From: a virus
Lineage: Duplodnaviria > Caudoviricetes
Length of the DNA stretch: 64,000 nucleotides
Reading direction: 5' to 3' (one strand)
IMG/VR virus record: IMGVR_UViG_2808606532_000002
Location: 1-64,000 of that record
Shown: in pieces, positions 59,105-64,000 of the stretch
Position numbering within the stretch: position 1 is the first letter of the stretch
Layout of the letters: each line of letters begins with the position of its first letter
Notes under the pieces: generated by a model
The model's database searches: none
What the model was told of the DNA's origin: nothing
The model's input: only the letters and a program-made list of their open reading frames with translations
Position numbers and translations under genes: made by a program

Positions 59105-59177
59105 ATCACAAATCGAAATAAATAAATAAAAATAATCACATATTGTTGTTGACATATAAATCACAAACAGTGATAAT
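59105..59177 (+). promoter_or_regulatory. OL operators and pL
   Basis: ATCACA-initiated 15-mers at 59105, 59135, 59160; TTGACA(59149)-17-GATAAT(59172). Confidence 0.75.
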
Positions 59178-59207
59178 AACCACATCAAAACAAACGGAGA
59201 AGACAAG

Positions 59208-59456
59208 ATGAACAAAGTAACAGAAACAGAATTAAATAGTGCAATGGCTGAATTTAAAGATTTTGAGAAAACTATGAGCATTGGTTGCAAGAAAGACAAT
59301 TTAAAAATGATTGAAATTATAAAAAACATGCTTGTGTTACTTAATGCCACTCCAGCAGACAAAATTGCAGAATTGATTATCAGTAGTGTAGGAATTAAAT
59401 CTTATTTTGAAAGACGATTAAATGGATTTGAATGGTTAGCTCAACATTCTCACTAA
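59208..59456 (+). CDS. Hypothetical early protein
   Basis: RBS GGAG; first ORF after pL. Confidence 0.6.
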   Translation: MNKVTETELNSAMAEFKDFEKTMSIGCKKDNLKMIEIIKNMLVLLNATPADKIAELIISSVGIKSYFERRLNGFEWLAQHSH

Positions 59457-59552
59457 GAATTTTTATCAAAGCCCTTAACTCAAGGGCTTGAGTAAAGGTT
59501 CTAAACCTAAAATAACAACCGCACTTATTTTAACAAAAAGGCGGAAGTTAAA

Positions 59553-59725
59553 ATTGCTCTTTAACAGATTGAATAAGTAGGTCAGCGTTATGGTTAGCCC
59601 CTACCTACGGCGGAAAGCACCGCAGAAAACCACCGATTTGCTATTACACAGTGCATTTACGGACACCAAAGAGAAAGCTAGCTCTCGATGAGAACGTTAG
59701 ACAAATGTGCTGTGTAATAGCTAAT
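59553..59725 (+). promoter_or_regulatory. boxA (nut-like) and long leader hairpin (RNase III-type)
   Basis: TGCTCTTTAACA; stem GCTATTACACAGTGCATTT / AAATGTGCTGTGTAATAGC. Confidence 0.65.
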
Positions 59726-59736
59726 AGGAGACGAAT

Positions 59737-60003
59737 ATGAGCAACAGTAAATTAAAAACCTTGCGTGGCATAGGTTACAACAAATCCACAAAAGCACGCA
59801 GAGCAAATCAGAAAGCAATGCAAATCAACCTCAAAGCACCAAACCGAGTTGAAAGTGCTTGCAATCAAGCGACTATTTGCGGATTTATCAAATCTCGCAA
59901 ACGAGTTGATATTACCAATTACAACTGCAACAAGAAAACAAATAAAGCGCCAACAGTGCGAGCAAAAGAAAAACGCAGATTAGGCTTTAAAGAGCCGAGA
60001 TAA
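59737..60003 (+). CDS. Basic early protein, possible N-type antiterminator
   Basis: Arg/Lys-rich (STKARRANQK), downstream of boxA and leader hairpin. Confidence 0.5.
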   Translation: MSNSKLKTLRGIGYNKSTKARRANQKAMQINLKAPNRVESACNQATICGFIKSRKRVDITNYNCNKKTNKAPTVRAKEKRRLGFKEPR

Positions 60004-60035
60004 AGATTTAATGGCATAAAAAGAGGAAACTAACT

Positions 60036-60227
60036 ATGAAAAATAATGAACAATCAGGAAATCCTGAAAATTTGGAATTAGTGGTAGTAAAAAACAGCCT
60101 ATCTGAATGTGATAAAGAACAAATCAAAGAGGCTGTATTGAAAAATGCTATCAATTTAACTTGTTTATATTCAAGTGAACTTGCTAAAGACTTGATTGAA
60201 GCAATCAAGCTAATTAATCAAGCTTAG
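60036..60227 (+). CDS. Hypothetical protein
   Basis: RBS GAGG, co-oriented with early operon. Confidence 0.5.
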   Translation: MKNNEQSGNPENLELVVVKNSLSECDKEQIKEAVLKNAINLTCLYSSELAKDLIEAIKLINQA

Positions 60228-60411
60228 GTATATTGTTAAATTCAGAAAGGTTGCTTTCAAAATTTTTAGCCAATGCAGAAATGAAATTGCTTAGCTGTTT
60301 AGCCTTATCTTCAAGATTGAAGCTGCTATCGTTAAAAATAGTTGTTGGGCTATTTTCAATAATTTTGTTAGCAAATTGGATAGCTAGCTTTTCTGACATT
60401 AATTTATTCAT
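60214..60411 (-). CDS. Small antisense moron protein
   Basis: RBS AAGGA; upstream GTGTTGTGAGAG direct repeat. Confidence 0.5.
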   Translation of the reverse strand: MNKLMSEKLAIQFANKIIENSPTTIFNDSSFNLEDKAKQLSNFISALAKNFESNLSEFNNIPKLD

Positions 60412-60700
60412 AATTTAATCCTTATTTTGTGTTGTGAGAGATTAAATTATATTCCTTAGTGTTGTGAGAGACAATAAGGCGAGTTTTGCGGTTCTCGTAA
60501 AAAAACCGCACCGAATTGACATAGTAAAACTCCGTTTGCCCACCTAAGACGTGGGCTTTTTTATAAGGAAAGAAAAATGAACATCCTTTCAAGTGAAGGG
60601 GCTATTTTTATTAGCTCAGTATTAGGTTTTTTATTTGGCTGTTCGCTTATGATTCTATTATTTGCAATATTTTGTTTTTTAAAAAAGAAATAAGACTTAT

Positions 60701-61696
60701 CTATTTTTTTAAAATATCTAACATTTTACTTAAATAGTCTATTGAATATTTTTCTTGCTCTTTTTCTCTATATTCCGGTTTGTTTTTTTCAAAAGAGATT
60801 AGATTATTAATACAATTTTCTATTGATGTATCTTTTCCCTTAGAAAAAAGAGCAATCTCAATTGCAATAAATCGATGCTCTATACTAGTGGCTTCATTAT
60901 GAAAATATTTAACATCTTCAAGCCCTTTTTTATATAATCTCAGAAAAAAGAAAGAGAAAAACTCAATAATCAATACAATGGAAAACTTAGGTAATCCTTC
61001 ACTAGCAAATTCCAATAAACTAATATATGTCTTAGTAGGAAATAAAGTGAGATAAAAAGCTAATATTCCAATGCCTATAATTCCAGATGAGATACCTAAC
61101 AACAAATTAACTAATGACTTTCTATTATGCAATTCAATAGCATCATAAACTCGACTTAAAGTTTTTAATTTATTTTCTCTAAAATTCTCAAGAGATACAT
61201 CGTTCACAAACTGTTTTTTTAAATCATCATTTATGAGCTCTTGAGCTTTACTTAAAACAAGATTTTTTATATCACCATTTTCTATGGCATTAATTCTTTC
61301 TTGGGTATGCGAAATTTCTTTTGAAATCTCAGATAAAGAGATAAATATATTCTCTTTGCTTTTTGAATCAAGATTTAGAAATGCATATACTTTATTAACA
61401 ATAAAGTTTAATGTTATGAACAAGACAAGAATAAAGCATACTCCTAATATAGGAGATGTAAGCTCTCGGCGAACAGAAAAAAGAAATAAATCTAAACTAT
61501 TCACCCCCTTATAAAACATTGTGAAATCTAATAATATAATCAGGAGTGAAAATGAAAATAGTGAAAAGCATAAAAATGGTACAAAATTATCAATGAGATG
61601 CTTTTTAGAAAAAGACATTATGATCTCCTTGTTGTAAAGAATGATGAATGAACACCATAATTCTAACACTTGGAGATCATATTTACTATTTGACAC
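60701..61696 (-). CDS. Low-GC moron membrane protein (about 4 TM + coiled coil)
   Basis: Likely start ~61618 after AAGGAG; FFFLRLY...YFHNE.T.IE motif. Confidence 0.72.
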   Translation of the reverse strand: MSNSKYDLQVLELWCSFIILYNKEIIMSFSKKHLIDNFVPFLCFSLFSFSLLIILLDFTMFYKGVNSLDLFLFSVRRELTSPILGVCFILVLFITLNFIVNKVYAFLNLDSKSKENIFISLSEISKEISHTQERINAIENGDIKNLVLSKAQELINDDLKKQFVNDVSLENFRENKLKTLSRVYDAIELHNRKSLVNLLLGISSGIIGIGILAFYLTLFPTKTYISLLEFASEGLPKFSIVLIIEFFSFFFLRLYKKGLEDVKYFHNEATSIEHRFIAIEIALFSKGKDTSIENCINNLISFEKNKPEYREKEQEKYSIDYLSKMLDILKK

Positions 61697-61837
61697 CCAC
61701 CGCCCTTTGATTTAGGATATACCCACTTTCAACAGAAAGTCCGATTAGTGACAGTAATCATTTTGTTCTTTGCAACAATTTAGATTAAAGAAATAGCTTG
61801 CCAAGTAAACTTGAGCAGGCTTTTTTAGTCTAAAAAG

Positions 61838-62152
61838 GTGACGATGATGAAAAAATATAGAAAATTAATCCGCTGCATGGCTTACAAAAAAGGCAATCTC
61901 TATATTGCCATATGTCTCGATCTCTCTTTGGCAGCACAGGGCGATACAATGGATGAAGCAATTGAGAAACTAGACGGACAAATCAAGGATTTTATTGCAG
62001 AAGTTAATGCTGAACCTCAACATGCTAGCCAGTTACTTAATCGTCCTGCTCCACTCTCCTTATGGGTAAAATATTATTGGTTTAAATTTTTATCTGCTAA
62101 AAACGGTAATAAAAAAGGCGTATCATTTTTTGAAGAGGATTGTTACGCTTAA
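61838..62152 (+). CDS. hicB: HicB-like antitoxin
   Basis: YIAICLDLSLAAQGDTMDEA. Confidence 0.78.
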   Translation: MTMMKKYRKLIRCMAYKKGNLYIAICLDLSLAAQGDTMDEAIEKLDGQIKDFIAEVNAEPQHASQLLNRPAPLSLWVKYYWFKFLSAKNGNKKGVSFFEEDCYA

Positions 62153-62400
62153 TGTTTACCCGAATTACGCCACTGACCTATAAAGAAGTAACCAGTGCAT
62201 TGAAGCGGTTAGGTTTTGAAATCAAATCCAAAACAGCTACCGCACACGAGCAATGGATTAGAGTGGACGATAGAGGGAAATTTTTAGTAACGGTAGATAA
62301 GCATATATCGCCCTTTGATAAAGTCCTCATTCAAGCCATGGCAAGACAAGCTGGATTATCTACCAAAGCGTTTTTTAAAGAATGTAAGAGTAAGAAATAA
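62140..62400 (+). CDS. hicA: HicA-like toxin
   Basis: EVTSALKRLGF...AHEQW...VTVDKH...MARQAGL. Confidence 0.82.
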   Translation: MLRLMFTRITPLTYKEVTSALKRLGFEIKSKTATAHEQWIRVDDRGKFLVTVDKHISPFDKVLIQAMARQAGLSTKAFFKECKSKK

Positions 62401-62425
62401 GCCTGCACCACGCAGGCTTTTTTAT

Positions 62426-62454
62426 TTGACACCGCCCCCTATTCAGATTAGACT
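62426..62454 (+). promoter_or_regulatory. Antirepressor operon promoter (near-duplicate at 61690-61718)
   Basis: TTGACA-17-TAGACT followed by CCACTTTCAACAGAAAGTC. Confidence 0.7.
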
Positions 62455-62618
62455 ATTACCACTTTCAACAGAAAGTCGGGATTTGCAGTCCTGAATTAGT
62501 ACTAGGCGGTTAGAATGATAGGTCGCCTTAATGGTGGCTTTTTTTATAGCCGAAAATCAGTAAGTCAAACCTTTCAAAAGGTATGGGCAATTTGCCCCAC
62601 CCTTTCAAAAGTAGTCAA

Positions 62619-62696
62619 TGATGAACTGATTAAGGGGATCGAAAGATCCACCGTTTACCTAGTACAACGGCACTGCAAACCTTGATCAGTTCATCA
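62619..62696 (+). ncRNA. C4-type antisense RNA
   Basis: Stem TGATGAACTGAT/ATCAGTTCATCA with GATC-GAAA-GATC arm; loops CCTAGTAC and ACTGCAA complement targets TTGCAGT/GTACTAGG at 62483/62499 and 62704/62737. Confidence 0.88.
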
Positions 62697-62754
62697 CCAG
62701 TTATTGCAGTGGCTAGTGATGAGTTTTTTAAAACTTGTACTAGGAGCAGTCAAA

Positions 62755-63378
62755 ATGACTACATTAACTTTTCAAACTACTACTCTTTCGGTTATCAATC
62801 AAAACAACCAAACTTATTTCACAGCTAACGAAATTGGGCAAGCATTAGGTTATCGCAATCCAACAAGTGATGTTAAACGCATCTATGAACGTAACATTGA
62901 CGAATTTACCCCAAATATGACCGCACTTGTGGATATGCAAACCGCTGGCGGAATACAAAAAGTCAGAATTTTCAGCTTGCGTGGTTGCCACTTAATCGGA
63001 ATGCTTAGCCACACCAAAGTCGCCAAAGAGTTTCGCAAATGGGTACTGGATATTTTAGATCGTGAAACCGCACAACCAAAACAGCTCTCCTTACCCGAGC
63101 CTGAAAAAACCTACGACACCAACACAACGGCAAAAGAAATCCACGATTTAGTGTGGTTACTTTACTCACACAATGAAATGAATTTCTTGCTCGGTAGAAT
63201 GTGCGAACCTTTACGAGCTATCGGCTCTCACTATTACGCAGATATAAAAACGCACTACGTTGAATACAAACGCCACTACGACAAATGTCTGCCCATTCTC
63301 AAACGCTTTGTCGAGCAAATCAAAGCCGACAACCCAAAAGCGTGGGAAGGTCTGCAATACCGCCTAACCGCTAAATAA
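62755..63378 (+). CDS. Antirepressor (Bro-N type)
   Basis: IGQALGY, IYERNIDEF, VRIFSLRGCHL, AKEFRKWVLDILD; RBS overlaps C4 target b2. Confidence 0.88.
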   Translation: MTTLTFQTTTLSVINQNNQTYFTANEIGQALGYRNPTSDVKRIYERNIDEFTPNMTALVDMQTAGGIQKVRIFSLRGCHLIGMLSHTKVAKEFRKWVLDILDRETAQPKQLSLPEPEKTYDTNTTAKEIHDLVWLLYSHNEMNFLLGRMCEPLRAIGSHYYADIKTHYVEYKRHYDKCLPILKRFVEQIKADNPKAWEGLQYRLTAK

Positions 63379-63463
63379 TTAACCCAAAAACCGACCGCAC
63401 TTTTCCAGTGTGGCGGTTTCGCTCAACCTAAATTCAGTAAATTGATTAAAAAGGAAACAGAAA

Positions 63464-63655
63464 ATGAACTCAACAACGCATATTCAGCACGTTAATTTTC
63501 ACGGAGATATTCATATCCATTTTCACTCAGCTCATGAAAATAAAACGTGGACACCACCTAATCATTGGCTTGAGACTGTCGATTATGCTCCTCAATCTCA
63601 ATCAACTTCGCAATCTCAAATGTTTCCCAAATCAAACGGGAATAAAGATGTTTAA
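63464..63655 (+). CDS. Hypothetical protein
   Basis: RBS AAGGA; overlaps an antisense ORF. Confidence 0.4.
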   Translation: MNSTTHIQHVNFHGDIHIHFHSAHENKTWTPPNHWLETVDYAPQSQSTSQSQMFPKSNGNKDV

Positions 63656-63770
63656 GGTTGGGACTTTCTCCTGCATTTGTGAGAGCCAATCGCAATGTTT
63701 CGGCTATTTGTTCTTTAGGAAGAATGCTTGCAGCCAATTGCAAACGCTCAAAATCAGTTAATTTTTTCAT
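63558..63770 (-). CDS. Small antisense moron protein
   Basis: RBS AGGAG; MKKLTDFERLQLAA. Confidence 0.5.
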   Translation of the reverse strand: MKKLTDFERLQLAASILPKEQIAETLRLALTNAGESPNLKHLYSRLIWETFEIAKLIEIEEHNRQSQAND

Positions 63771-63862
63771 AGATTTCTCCTATGTGTTGGTTGAAAGAAA
63801 CACAAGGATACCACGTTTGCGGTCGTGGCTAAATAAACCGCAATTTAAGAGGAAACAGAAAA

Positions 63863-64000
63863 ATGAACAAATTCTTCACCGCACTTTGCCAATTAATTGG
63901 CTCAATCATCGTCATTATCGCCCTTATTTTTGCCACACTTATCGGCATGAGCTACTACCGCCCAGCCTTTGCTCAATACGGTCAACTCTCCCCAGATGCG
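63863..64000 (+). CDS. Hypothetical membrane protein, truncated by window edge
   Basis: RBS GAGG, hydrophobic N-terminus. Confidence 0.45.
   Translation, partial: MNKFFTALCQLIGSIIVIIALIFATLIGMSYYRPAFAQYGQLSPDA

Overview
The whole window is prophage DNA from a Pasteurellaceae genome (abundant Haemophilus-type uptake sequences AAGTGCGGT). Bases 1-~22190 are the late region of a decaying P2-like myovirus: the terminase and tape measure genes are frameshifted, one moron carries a nonsense codon, and the tail tube gene is cut off. Bases ~22200-64000 are a second, unrelated prophage on the minus strand, tail-to-tail with the first. It has contractile-tail structural genes (DUF1073/DUF2213/DUF2184/DUF3383/DUF2612 type) and lambdoid lysis, Q, nin, replication, cI/cro, N-like and C4-antirepressor modules, and it runs off the right edge. 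Both phages are dense in morons and toxin-antitoxin modules, and an IS256 element interrupts one moron. The most unusual observations are: (1) a promoter-driven, multi-stem ~95-nt RNA facing the end of a MuF-PBECR nuclease gene that has no obvious protein immunity gene; (2) a stack of three membrane-protein cassettes, each paired with a tape-measure gene start; (3) two long inverted repeats shared by the tail fibre modules of the two phages, which would allow in-frame fibre-tip swapping; (4) two paralogous dual-start peptide/antisense RNA modules; and (5) the second phage abutting a truncated tail tube gene of the first. All family assignments come from reading motifs and synteny, not from database searches.
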